This document shows, in pieces, positions 1 to 7,347 of a stretch of DNA of 24,651 nt. Source of the stretch: Candidatus Krumholzibacteriia bacterium (lineage in GTDB: Bacteria > Krumholzibacteriota > Krumholzibacteriia > LZORAL124-64-63); the NCBI GenBank assembly GCA_028718575.1, contig JAQULN010000001.1, positions 1-24,651 on the forward strand, written 5' to 3'. The position numbers were made by a program, and so were the translations under genes. The notes beneath the pieces are model-generated. The model ran no database searches and was not told the origin of the DNA. It saw only the letters and a list, made by a program, of their open reading frames with translations. Numbering within the stretch: position 1 is the first letter of the stretch; each line of letters starts with the position of its first letter.

Positions 1-1341
1 GAATCCCACCAGGCCACGGCTGGGAATATGAAAGAGCAGGCGCGTGCGCCCGTCGCGCTGGTGCATCTCCACGAGGCTGGCCTTGCGCTGGTTGGCATAC
101 TCGATGACAGTGCCCGCGTGCGCGTCCGGCACGTCGACGGTCAGTTCCTCGACTGGTTCGGCCTTGCGGCCGTCGAGCGTACGGTAGATCACCTGCGGCT
201 GGCCGACCATGAACTCGTAGCCCTCGCGCCGCATGGTCTCCATCAAGATCGACAGGTGCAGGATCCCGCGGCCGGACACCTTGAAAGTATCGCTGGCGGC
301 GGTGTCTTCCACGCGTAGGGCGACATCGCGTTCGAGTTCCCGCAGCAAGCGCTCGCGCAGCTGGCGGCCGGTGCAGAAGCGGCCGTCGGTGCCGTAACCT
401 GGGCTGTTGTTGGTCAGGAAGCTGAGGCTGAGGGTCGGTTCGTCGACGGCGATCAGCGGCAACGGCTCCGGGCACTCGGGCGCAGCGATCGTATCGCCGA
501 TGTCCACGTCCTCAAGCCCCACCACAGCGCAGATATCACCGCACTCGACCGCGGTCGCCGCGCGGCGGCCCAGGTTCTCGAAGGTGTACACCTGCGCGAC
601 CCTGGTCTTGACCAGCCGTCCGTCGCGCTTGACCAGCACCACCGGCTGCTGGCTGCGCAGGGTGCCGCGCACGACGCGTCCGATGCCGATGCGGCCCACG
701 TAGCCGCTGTGGTCCATTGCCGCGATCAACATCTGCAGGGGCCCCTCACGGCGGGGCGGCGGCGGGATGTGCCGTACGATCTTCGCCAACAGCGGCTGCA
801 GGTCGATCCGCGGCGCGTCCAGTTCCTCGATCGCCCACCCTTGGCGTCCCGACGCATAGACACCGCGAAAATCGAGCTGCCGATCGTTGGCGCCGAGGTC
901 CACGAAGAGGTCGAAAACCTCGTCGAGGACCTCGTGCGGCCGCGCGCCGGGGCGGTCGACCTTGTTGATCACCACCAGAGGCACCAGATCCAGCTGCAGC
1001 GCCTTCTGCAGCACGAACCGGGTCTGCGGCATGGGCCCCTCGAACGCATCCACGAGCAATAACACGCCGTCGGCAAGCTTCAGCACGCGCTCGACCTCGC
1101 CGCCGAAATCGGCGTGGCCGGGCGTGTCGATGAGGTTGATGCGGGTGCCCTGATACGTCACCGCAAAGTTCTTGCTGGTGATCGTGATGCCGCGCTCGCG
1201 CTCCAGTTCGCCCGAATCGAGGAAGCAGTCGCGGAGGACCTGCCCGGCGCGAAAGACCTGCGACTGGCGCAAGATCTGATCGACCAGGGTCGTCTTGCCG
1301 TGGTCCACGTGAGCGATGATGGCGACGTTGCGAATGTCCAT
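1..1341 (-). CDS. typA: Translational GTPase TypA/BipA (C-terminal part lies beyond the left window edge)
   Basis: Manual minus-strand translation from ATG at 1341: [24 protein letters not shown]..., [76 protein letters not shown]. The frame is open to base 1. It is missing from the ORF track because no stop lies in the window. Confidence 0.97.
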   Translation of the reverse strand, partial: MDIRNVAIIAHVDHGKTTLVDQILRQSQVFRAGQVLRDCFLDSGELERERGITITSKNFAVTYQGTRINLIDTPGHADFGGEVERVLKLADGVLLLVDAFEGPMPQTRFVLQKALQLDLVPLVVINKVDRPGARPHEVLDEVFDLFVDLGANDRQLDFRGVYASGRQGWAIEELDAPRIDLQPLLAKIVRHIPPPPRREGPLQMLIAAMDHSGYVGRIGIGRVVRGTLRSQQPVVLVKRDGRLVKTRVAQVYTFENLGRRAATAVECGDICAVVGLEDVDIGDTIAAPECPEPLPLIAVDEPTLSLSFLTNNSPGYGTDGRFCTGRQLRERLLRELERDVALRVEDTAASDTFKVSGRGILHLSILMETMRREGYEFMVGQPQVIYRTLDGRKAEPVEELTVDVPDAHAGTVIEYANQRKASLVEMHQRDGRTRLLFHIPSRGLVGF

Positions 1342-1350
1342 GGCGACACC

Positions 1351-1378
1351 ATGATATGCGCGCCGGGCCGCGGGTCAA
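1351..1378 (-). promoter_or_regulatory. Putative sigma70-type promoter of typA (TTGACC-16 nt-TATCAT)
   Basis: Minus strand: TTGACC (1378-1373), 16-nt spacer, TATCAT (1356-1351), then 9 nt to the ATG. No Shine-Dalgarno sequence. Confidence 0.65.
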
Positions 1379-1472
1379 ATAGCCAGCGGTGTTCTGCGGT
1401 ACCCGATTCGACCTCGCGGTTGCCGCGGCGGGTTTGAGTTGGCTCATGCCTGAAGGATCCGGACAAAAATCG

Positions 1473-1521
1473 TTGACAAATCCGGCCGGATGCATCCACA
1501 TTTGTTGTCAACCGACAACAA
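1473..1521. promoter_or_regulatory. TTGACA element plus inverted repeat TTGTTGTC-AACC-GACAACAA upstream of the TrmB-family gene (candidate operator)
   Basis: TTGACA at 1473-1478; 12-bp palindrome ATCCGGCCGGAT at 1480-1491; perfect 8-bp-arm inverted repeat at 1502-1521 directly before the GGAGG RBS (1522-1526). Confidence 0.5.
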
Positions 1522-1531
1522 GGAGGTTGCC

Positions 1532-2551
1532 ATGGACCGCGAACTCGCCGAGGCCCTCGCGCTGTTGGGTCTGAGCGCCGCCGAGGCCGAGATCTACGTG
1601 GCGCTATTGCAGCAAGGCACAACCGGGCCGGTCAGCGCCTACAAGCTGGCCCAGACTATGGGCCGCGACCCCGCCAACACGACCAAGGTCTTGAGCGCGA
1701 TGAGCAAGCGCGGAGCCGTGCGGGTTTCCGGGCGCCGCCCGTGCCTCTACGCCGCTGTCTCACCGGAAGATTTCACCGGCAGGCTGGTAGCCAACGTGCG
1801 GGCCAAACAACAACTCGCCGTCCAATTGCTCAGGGAAATAGGCGAACCCACGCGGGACGAGCATGTGCACCCGTTGACATCGCGCGCCGAGGTCATGGAC
1901 ACAGTCCGCCGGCTCCTGGGCGAGGCCGAGCGGGTCGTGCTGCTGGACGCCGCCGGCGAGCTGGTGAACGAACTTGCGGCCGACCTGACCGCGGCTGCAA
2001 CCGGGCGGGATGCCACGGTGCTGGTCAAGAGCACCGCCACGATGGATATTCCCCGGGTTCAGATCCGGTGCGACCAGCAGGAACTGGCGCCGGCGCGGGC
2101 GCCAGGCCCCTGGCTGCGCCTGGCGATCGACGCGACGAGTTGTCTGGAAGCGCTGTTGCATCCGGCGGGCGGCGACGACGTGCTGTTCGGCCAGTGGAGC
2201 CGGTGCCCAACCCACGTATTTCTAGTTCACCGCAACCTGGCGACCGAAATGGCCCTGGCGGACTTGCTGGAGTTGCTGCACGGCGGCACCGGCGGCGACC
2301 TCGCCCGCCGGCGGACGTCAGAACGCGCGGCGGTCGTCGGCCGCCTGGCGACCTGGCGCGAGCGCTGGCGCGAAGCGGGCTGGCCCGCATACGAACCACT
2401 GCGGGACGCGGCAACCGGCGCGCCCTCGGCGACCGGCCCCGAGTCGGCAGCCGAAATGGAAACCGCAGCGGAGGCCGCGGCCGAAGCGCAAGCCGGCGCT
2501 GACCCGGACGACTCCCTGCAGTTCATCTACCGCAAGCGCCGCCGTTCGTAG
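1532..2551 (+). CDS. TrmB-family transcriptional regulator (N-terminal winged HTH, effector-binding-like domain), 339 aa
   Basis: GGAGG RBS then ATG at 1532. N-terminus LALLGLSAAEAEIYVALLQQG..SAYKLAQTMG....T.KVLSAM..RGAV......LYAAVSPEDF is the typical TrmB HTH pattern, followed by a ...AERVVLLD segment like the TrmB effector domain. Confidence 0.8.
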   Translation: MDRELAEALALLGLSAAEAEIYVALLQQGTTGPVSAYKLAQTMGRDPANTTKVLSAMSKRGAVRVSGRRPCLYAAVSPEDFTGRLVANVRAKQQLAVQLLREIGEPTRDEHVHPLTSRAEVMDTVRRLLGEAERVVLLDAAGELVNELAADLTAAATGRDATVLVKSTATMDIPRVQIRCDQQELAPARAPGPWLRLAIDATSCLEALLHPAGGDDVLFGQWSRCPTHVFLVHRNLATEMALADLLELLHGGTGGDLARRRTSERAAVVGRLATWRERWREAGWPAYEPLRDAATGAPSATGPESAAEMETAAEAAAEAQAGADPDDSLQFIYRKRRRS

Positions 2552-3453
2552 CGGGGGCCCACCACCAGCTTCACGGCCCGCGGGATCACTTCCGCGGCGA
2601 CCGGCGTGGTGCCCATCATCTCGCCGTCAATCTGCACAGGCAAGGGAGGATCGGCTGTGATGCGCACGCGCTCGGCCTTGAAGTGCTTCATGCGGGGAAC
2701 GCGGGGGTTGCGCCAGGTAAGCATGCGGAACAGGATCGTGAGAATGTCCCAGAGCGTGCGGCTGGAAATGATCGTGACATCGAGGCGACCATCCTGGGGA
2801 TCGGTGTCCGGCGTCACACGGAAGTTGAGATCCGGCACGAGCCCGATGTTCGTCAGCAGCACCGTATTCGCCCGCCTGCGCGTGCGCTTGTCGCCCGCCT
2901 CGACGGTGACGAACGCGCTCTGCCGGCGGAAGAGGTTGCTGACGGCGGCCCAGACATACGAGCCCAGGCCAAAGAGATTTTTCAGCCTGCGCGAGCTGTC
3001 TTTGATGATGTTCGCGGGATAGCCGACCGCAGCCATCAAGATGAAGTGGCGCTCGCTGCTGCTCAGGTAGCCGACGTCGAAATCGTAGACCCGCCCCTGG
3101 AAGATGGCCGCCACCGCCGGCCCCGGAAACCACGGCAAGGCAAGGGTCAGCGGAATGACGTTGGCGGTGCCTCCAGCGATGTGGGCGAGCGGCACTTTCT
3201 TCTGCGCGCGTACCTGGCCTGTCACGGCCTCCTGCATGGTCCCGTCGCCGCCCATGACGCAGACCAGGTCGAACCCTTCCTCAGCCGCGGCTTCGGACCA
3301 GGCGATCACGTCGTCGGCGCCGCTGGACTGGCGGCGGGTGACCTGCAAGCCGCGGCGCGCGAGATCGCGAGCCACCCGGTCGGCATACCGCGGCCCGGCT
3401 CCGATACCGGACGCCGGATTGACGATCAGAAGCGCATGCTGGAACTCGGGCAT
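2527..3453 (-). CDS. Diacylglycerol/lipid kinase family protein (YegS/DagK/BmrU-like), 308 aa
   Basis: IVNPASG, VMGGDGT (ATP-binding), AGGTAN, DGRLDV and QIDGE motifs. Start placed at MPEFQ (ATG 3453), where homology begins. Confidence 0.93.
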   Translation of the reverse strand: MPEFQHALLIVNPASGIGAGPRYADRVARDLARRGLQVTRRQSSGADDVIAWSEAAAEEGFDLVCVMGGDGTMQEAVTGQVRAQKKVPLAHIAGGTANVIPLTLALPWFPGPAVAAIFQGRVYDFDVGYLSSSERHFILMAAVGYPANIIKDSSRRLKNLFGLGSYVWAAVSNLFRRQSAFVTVEAGDKRTRRRANTVLLTNIGLVPDLNFRVTPDTDPQDGRLDVTIISSRTLWDILTILFRMLTWRNPRVPRMKHFKAERVRITADPPLPVQIDGEMMGTTPVAAEVIPRAVKLVVGPRYERRRLR

Positions 3454-3460
3454 GGCGCTG

Positions 3461-3466
3461 ATTGTA
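3461..3466 (-). promoter_or_regulatory. -10 element TACAAT, 7 nt upstream of the lipid kinase ATG (candidate leaderless promoter)
   Basis: Minus strand reads GG-TACAAT-CAGCGCC-ATG. No SD and no well-spaced -35. Confidence 0.45.
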
Positions 3467-3560
3467 CCGATGGCCCGCGCAATAACCAGCAACATTTGGC
3501 GAGACTGCGTCCCGGCGACCATCCGACCCGGCGCCGCCGGTCACGCCGGCATCAGCCGGA

Positions 3561-4025
3561 TTATGGCAGCTCGCGATCAAACGTTCCGCGCCAAGAACGA
3601 ATGCGCAAGCTCTCACCCGGGCCGATTTCCGCCGGCGACAGCTTCTGCTCGTCCGGCTTTTCGATCCAGGCCCCCAACCACTGGTCGCCTTCGTGGGCGG
3701 TCACCAACACCAACCTCTCAGCCACGAAATCACGAATGAAATCCAGCGCGCAGCGCCGGAAATCCTCGGTGTCGTCGCGGCCGCTGACGCCGAAGCGCGT
3801 ATGAAAATTTTCGCCGAAGCCGACCGCGATCTCCCATTCGCTCGTCGTGATGAACAGGCCGTGGCGGCCGTCGCCGACTGGACGTGGAACTTCCACCAGG
3901 AGCGCTTCTTTCTCGAAATCCTCGTAGGGATCGAAGCGGGCGAAGGCGAGCCAGTCCGGAAACTCCCGGAAAAGCTGCTGGGCGAAAAGCCGCGAATGAT
4001 CGTTGAGGCGGGATACGTCGAGCAT
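3561..4025 (-). CDS. Hypothetical protein, 154 aa
   Basis: GAGG RBS 5-6 nt before ATG 4025; protein-like composition (aromatic and acidic rich, ends IRSWRGTFDRELP). It fills the gap between neighbouring genes. No family recognised. Confidence 0.75.
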   Translation of the reverse strand: MLDVSRLNDHSRLFAQQLFREFPDWLAFARFDPYEDFEKEALLVEVPRPVGDGRHGLFITTSEWEIAVGFGENFHTRFGVSGRDDTEDFRRCALDFIRDFVAERLVLVTAHEGDQWLGAWIEKPDEQKLSPAEIGPGESLRIRSWRGTFDRELP

Positions 4026-4105
4026 GCATGCCTCGCAAGGGGAATGAGGCGCCGGTTCTTCTACATACGACAAGACACGCGCGCAGGTTCCCGCACCCGC
4101 GCCGG

Positions 4106-4142
4106 AAATCAAGAAACGAAAAAGCGGTGGATCCGGCCAGCG
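4106..4142 (-). terminator. Possible intrinsic terminator closing the large minus-strand operon
   Basis: Immediately after the TGA at 4143: an imperfect stem (CGCTGG/CCACCG, one mismatch) followed by the U-rich tract TTTTTCGTTTCTTGATTT, which stands out in this GC-rich DNA. The stem is weak. Confidence 0.4.
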
Positions 4143-5102
4143 TCAGTCGGCGTGTTCGATGACCACCGCCACGAAACCGTCCAGCTCGGCGCGTAAATCG
4201 GGCTTCTGCACGGACTCGGTCTCGATCTGCCCTCGCGGCAGGATCATGCTGTCGGCCAGATGAAACGCCACGAGCTCGGCGCGGCGCTCGGCCAACGCCA
4301 GCGTCTCGGCGGTCGCCACGACCCGCACCGGCGAGTAGGGATGGCGCCGGATCTCGTCGGCGGCGCGTACCAGCCAGTCCGATCCGCGCGCGGTCAAGGC
4401 GCTCTCGCGGCGCAAGAACAACTCGCCGCCGGCGATCTCCAAGATGCGGTCGCCCTGGCGGCGATAATCCAGAGCCGGTAGGCGAAAACTCTCCCCCGCG
4501 TGATTGTAGGTATTCGTTCCCTTGTCCGTCGTCGTCAAAACATAGCTGTAGGGGTAGCCGACCTGCATGATCTGACCTTGGTCGGTGCGTCCGTCCCACT
4601 GCAACATCCGCGGCGGTTTGTCCGAACCGGTGTAGGTGCGGCAGGGACTGCCGCGAAAATCAGTGATCGTCAACTGCCACTGTTGGATCTGGTGGCCTTC
4701 GGGCTCCTCGAGATAGAACGTGGCCACCGGCACCGCGGGGAATTCCGGCAGCCACAGGTGCGGCGGTTGCTCGCTGCGCAGCGGTTCGAGGTTGTTCAGG
4801 TGCGGCTGCAGGCCCGACACCGGGCTGAGCGCCAGGGCGAGTTCGTCCATCGCCGTGTGCAAGGAATCCACCGTGGCCGCGTCGAGGGTAAGAGCGAAGT
4901 CGCTCTTCTCGATGGTCTGCCGTACGCGGTTCTGAGCCTCGACCACCATTTCCGGTAGCGCGGCCCCCGACTGGCCGTCCTGGGTCCATTGCTGTCCCGC
5001 CTGCGGTCCCCCCTTGGCTTGGCTGCCCTGGGAATCTTGGGCCGCGGCGCCGGCGCACAGAGCCGCCAGCAGCATGAGCATCGTCAAGGAGCGGTTCAAC
5101 AT
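4143..5102 (-). CDS. Secreted/periplasmic protein with a TonB-box-like segment, an FlgD-like Ig domain and a degenerate OmpA-like C-terminal domain, 319 aa
   Basis: GAGG RBS, ATG 5102; signal peptide MLNRSLTMLMLLAALCAGAAA|QD. FlgD-like WQLTITDFRG...PPRMLQWDGRTDQGQIMQVGYPYSYVL; OmpA-like GELF..RESALT..G...L...ADEIRRHP...VRVVA...LAERRAELVAFHL. Confidence 0.72.
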   Translation of the reverse strand: MLNRSLTMLMLLAALCAGAAAQDSQGSQAKGGPQAGQQWTQDGQSGAALPEMVVEAQNRVRQTIEKSDFALTLDAATVDSLHTAMDELALALSPVSGLQPHLNNLEPLRSEQPPHLWLPEFPAVPVATFYLEEPEGHQIQQWQLTITDFRGSPCRTYTGSDKPPRMLQWDGRTDQGQIMQVGYPYSYVLTTTDKGTNTYNHAGESFRLPALDYRRQGDRILEIAGGELFLRRESALTARGSDWLVRAADEIRRHPYSPVRVVATAETLALAERRAELVAFHLADSMILPRGQIETESVQKPDLRAELDGFVAVVIEHAD

Positions 5103-5114
5103 GGCAGTCCTCAC

Positions 5115-6497
5115 CTAGTGCAAACGGAAAACGATGGTGATGATACCCCACTGTTCGAGGCTCCCCTGGTCGGCCGCCAAAGGAGCAAAGCGAAACTGGC
5201 GAATCGCAGCGAGCGCGGCCTGGTTGAGATCACGGTGAACCGAGGTCTGCTCCAGGAACACGTTGTCCTTGACACGGCCGTCCGGCAGCACGGTGAAGCG
5301 TACGGCAACGACGCCCTCCCAGCCTTCGCGGCGCGCGCGTTCGCTGTAGACCGGCGGCACGCTCGTCAGAATCTTGCGCCCGGCGATCTGGCCGGAGATG
5401 GTCATGCCGACGCCCTGGCCGCCTTCGAGCCGCGCCTCGGCGACCTTGGGCGCTGGTTCGGCGGCTGCCGCCGCCGCCGCAGCGGACGCCACGATGTCAC
5501 GGCTGGCCGGGACTTCGGCGATGCGGCCGCGGCGCTCGGACAGACCGCCGCCGCCGCCGCCCCCGCTACCGTAGTCCAGGATGGTCTTGCGGCCGCCCTT
5601 GACGCTGCCGCCGCCGCCCTCCGGCACGGTCGCGTCCAGGATGCCGGTCGGCGAACCGCTGCCGCGGGCCGTGCCGGCCGGCGCCAGACCGCCCGCGGGC
5701 GGGTTATAGCCGCCGGCGGCCGGGGTGCGTGCGCTCAGATTGCCGCCGCCGAGGGAAGGCGCCGCCTCGGCGATGGCACCGCCTCTGGGCCGGCTCGCGC
5801 CGGCCGCGGCGACGGTGGGTTCGTTGCCCACCGGCGCCCGCCCGCCGCGGTCCTGCAGACCGGTGTTGGCGGGCTTCATCGTCTGTCGCGCGGGCGGGGC
5901 CGCCGGTCGCGGCGTCTTGTCGTTGCTCGCCTCGAGCTGGCCCGCCAACGCGCGCTCCAGGCGCTCGGTGTCGACCACCTGCCGGACGGGCGCCGGCGCG
6001 GTCCGCGCTTCGAGCGTCGCCGCGGCAACAGCCAGTTCCCTTGGCGGCGCAGCGACCGTAGGCGCCAGCGCGGGCACGTCGGCGGCCGCCAACTGCGGGC
6101 GCTCGGCCGGCAGTTGGGGCGGCGGCGCCATTTGCGGCGCCGGTGCAAGCCGCGGTTCCAGCTTGTCGGGTTCAGGCAGCGTCTTCGGCTGCGGGGCGAT
6201 GTCCGGCGCCGCGGGCTTGGCCTTGTTGACCGCGCTGTCGGTCGTGATGCCGGGGCCCGGCGGGCCGGGCGCCAGCTTGCGCGACGGCAGCTCCTTCAAC
6301 TTGACCTTTTCGGCAACGTCCTCGCCGTAGCGCGCCTCGATATAGGCGATGTGGGTCAGCTCATAGTCTGCGAGCTTTTCCAGCGCGGCGCGACCGACGA
6401 GCAAGGTCAGCAGCAAGAGCAGCAGGGCGTGCACCACGATGCTGGCCAGGAACGATCCGCCGGTTTGGGCGGACCGGTCGATCGCTTGCTGCATCAT
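5115..6497 (-). CDS. tonB: TonB-family energy transducer with a long Pro/Ala/Gly-rich linker, 460 aa
   Basis: N-terminal TM anchor with S-x3-H (ASIVVHALLL); C-terminal TonB_C pattern PPVYSERARREGWEGVVAVRFTVLPDGRV...LNQAALAAIRQFRFAP...ITIVFRL. Follows exbD with an ATGA overlap. Confidence 0.92.
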   Translation of the reverse strand: MMQQAIDRSAQTGGSFLASIVVHALLLLLLTLLVGRAALEKLADYELTHIAYIEARYGEDVAEKVKLKELPSRKLAPGPPGPGITTDSAVNKAKPAAPDIAPQPKTLPEPDKLEPRLAPAPQMAPPPQLPAERPQLAAADVPALAPTVAAPPRELAVAAATLEARTAPAPVRQVVDTERLERALAGQLEASNDKTPRPAAPPARQTMKPANTGLQDRGGRAPVGNEPTVAAAGASRPRGGAIAEAAPSLGGGNLSARTPAAGGYNPPAGGLAPAGTARGSGSPTGILDATVPEGGGGSVKGGRKTILDYGSGGGGGGGLSERRGRIAEVPASRDIVASAAAAAAAAEPAPKVAEARLEGGQGVGMTISGQIAGRKILTSVPPVYSERARREGWEGVVAVRFTVLPDGRVKDNVFLEQTSVHRDLNQAALAAIRQFRFAPLAADQGSLEQWGIITIVFRLH

Positions 6498-6907
6498 CGC
6501 TGATTCTCCCGGGGGCGGGTCGCCAGGGCGATGCGCGGCGCGCCGGCCGCGTCGATCACCGCGATCAACGCCTCGACTTCGCGATACGGCAGGCCCTGAT
6601 CGGCTTTGACCACGGCGACGCCGTGGGGCAGCATTCGGAACATCTCGTCCAGGATCGCGGGGAGTTCTTCCAGGGCCAACACCGTCTCGGCGACCACGAT
6701 GCGCCGATCGCTGGTGTAGAGGATCTCGATGTTGTCGGTGTCATCGGCCTGGCTGGCGGTGGCCTCGGGCAAGTCCACGTCGATCTCCTCGCCCGTCAGA
6801 AACGGAGCGATCATCATCAGGGTCAGCACGACGACCAGCGAGACGTTGATCACCGGCACGACGTTGATCTTGCAGTCCACGGTCAACATTTGCCTGCGTC
6901 GCGCCAC
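6494..6907 (-). CDS. exbD: ExbD/TolR family protein (second copy; TM Asp replaced by Asn21), 137 aa
   Basis: INVVPVINVSLVVVLTLMMIAPF TM segment, VDLPEA, VVKADQGLPYREV..LIAVI..AGA.RIALAT. The GTG start at 6907 is uncertain (alternative ATG at 6889). Confidence 0.9.
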   Translation of the reverse strand: MARRRQMLTVDCKINVVPVINVSLVVVLTLMMIAPFLTGEEIDVDLPEATASQADDTDNIEILYTSDRRIVVAETVLALEELPAILDEMFRMLPHGVAVVKADQGLPYREVEALIAVIDAAGAPRIALATRPRENQR

Positions 6908-6909
6908 GT

Positions 6910-7338
6910 CTAGCCCCCGATGCGGTTGAGCAGAGCCAGGCTCTCGGCTCCGCTGGCCTTGGCGATGTCCAGGGCGGTCACCACGCGGCCCAGAATGACC
7001 TGGTCTTCAGGCACGATGACCACGGTGCGATCCTGGCGGCCGGCGAGTTCGCGGGTCATCGCCTCGGCCAGGCCTTCATCGGACAAGAGCTTGCCATTGA
7101 GCTTGAGGCCGGCCTCGGTAACGGCGATGGTCAACAGATCGTCGTCGAGTTTGTCGGTCGGCTGGACCTGCGGACTCTCGCCGCCAGTTTCCGCTTGGTT
7201 GACGTCGAAGCCGCTCCACATCAGGGCCGGCATGGTGATCAAGAAGACCACGATCAACGTGGTCGTCACGTCGGCCAGCGGCGTAATGTTGGCCTCGTTC
7301 AAGCCTTCTGAACGGTTCTTGCGTTGCTTGCGCGCCAT
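6910..7338 (-). CDS. exbD: ExbD/TolR family protein (first copy; canonical Asp23), 142 aa
   Basis: ANITPLADVTTTLIVVFLITMP TM segment; VVIVPEDQVILGRVVTALDIAKASGAESLAL C-terminal pattern. Confidence 0.92.
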   Translation of the reverse strand: MARKQRKNRSEGLNEANITPLADVTTTLIVVFLITMPALMWSGFDVNQAETGGESPQVQPTDKLDDDLLTIAVTEAGLKLNGKLLSDEGLAEAMTRELAGRQDRTVVIVPEDQVILGRVVTALDIAKASGAESLALLNRIGG

Positions 7339-7347
7339 GGCCTTCCC

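Noticed and set aside
28-1437. Several short plus-strand ORFs at the window start
   Set aside because: They are antisense to typA, which the ORF track missed because it runs off the edge.
5460-5620. (GCC)n / (CCG)n trinucleotide runs in tonB as contingency repeats
   Set aside because: They are in-frame poly-Ala/poly-Gly codons in a linker; slippage would not shift the frame.
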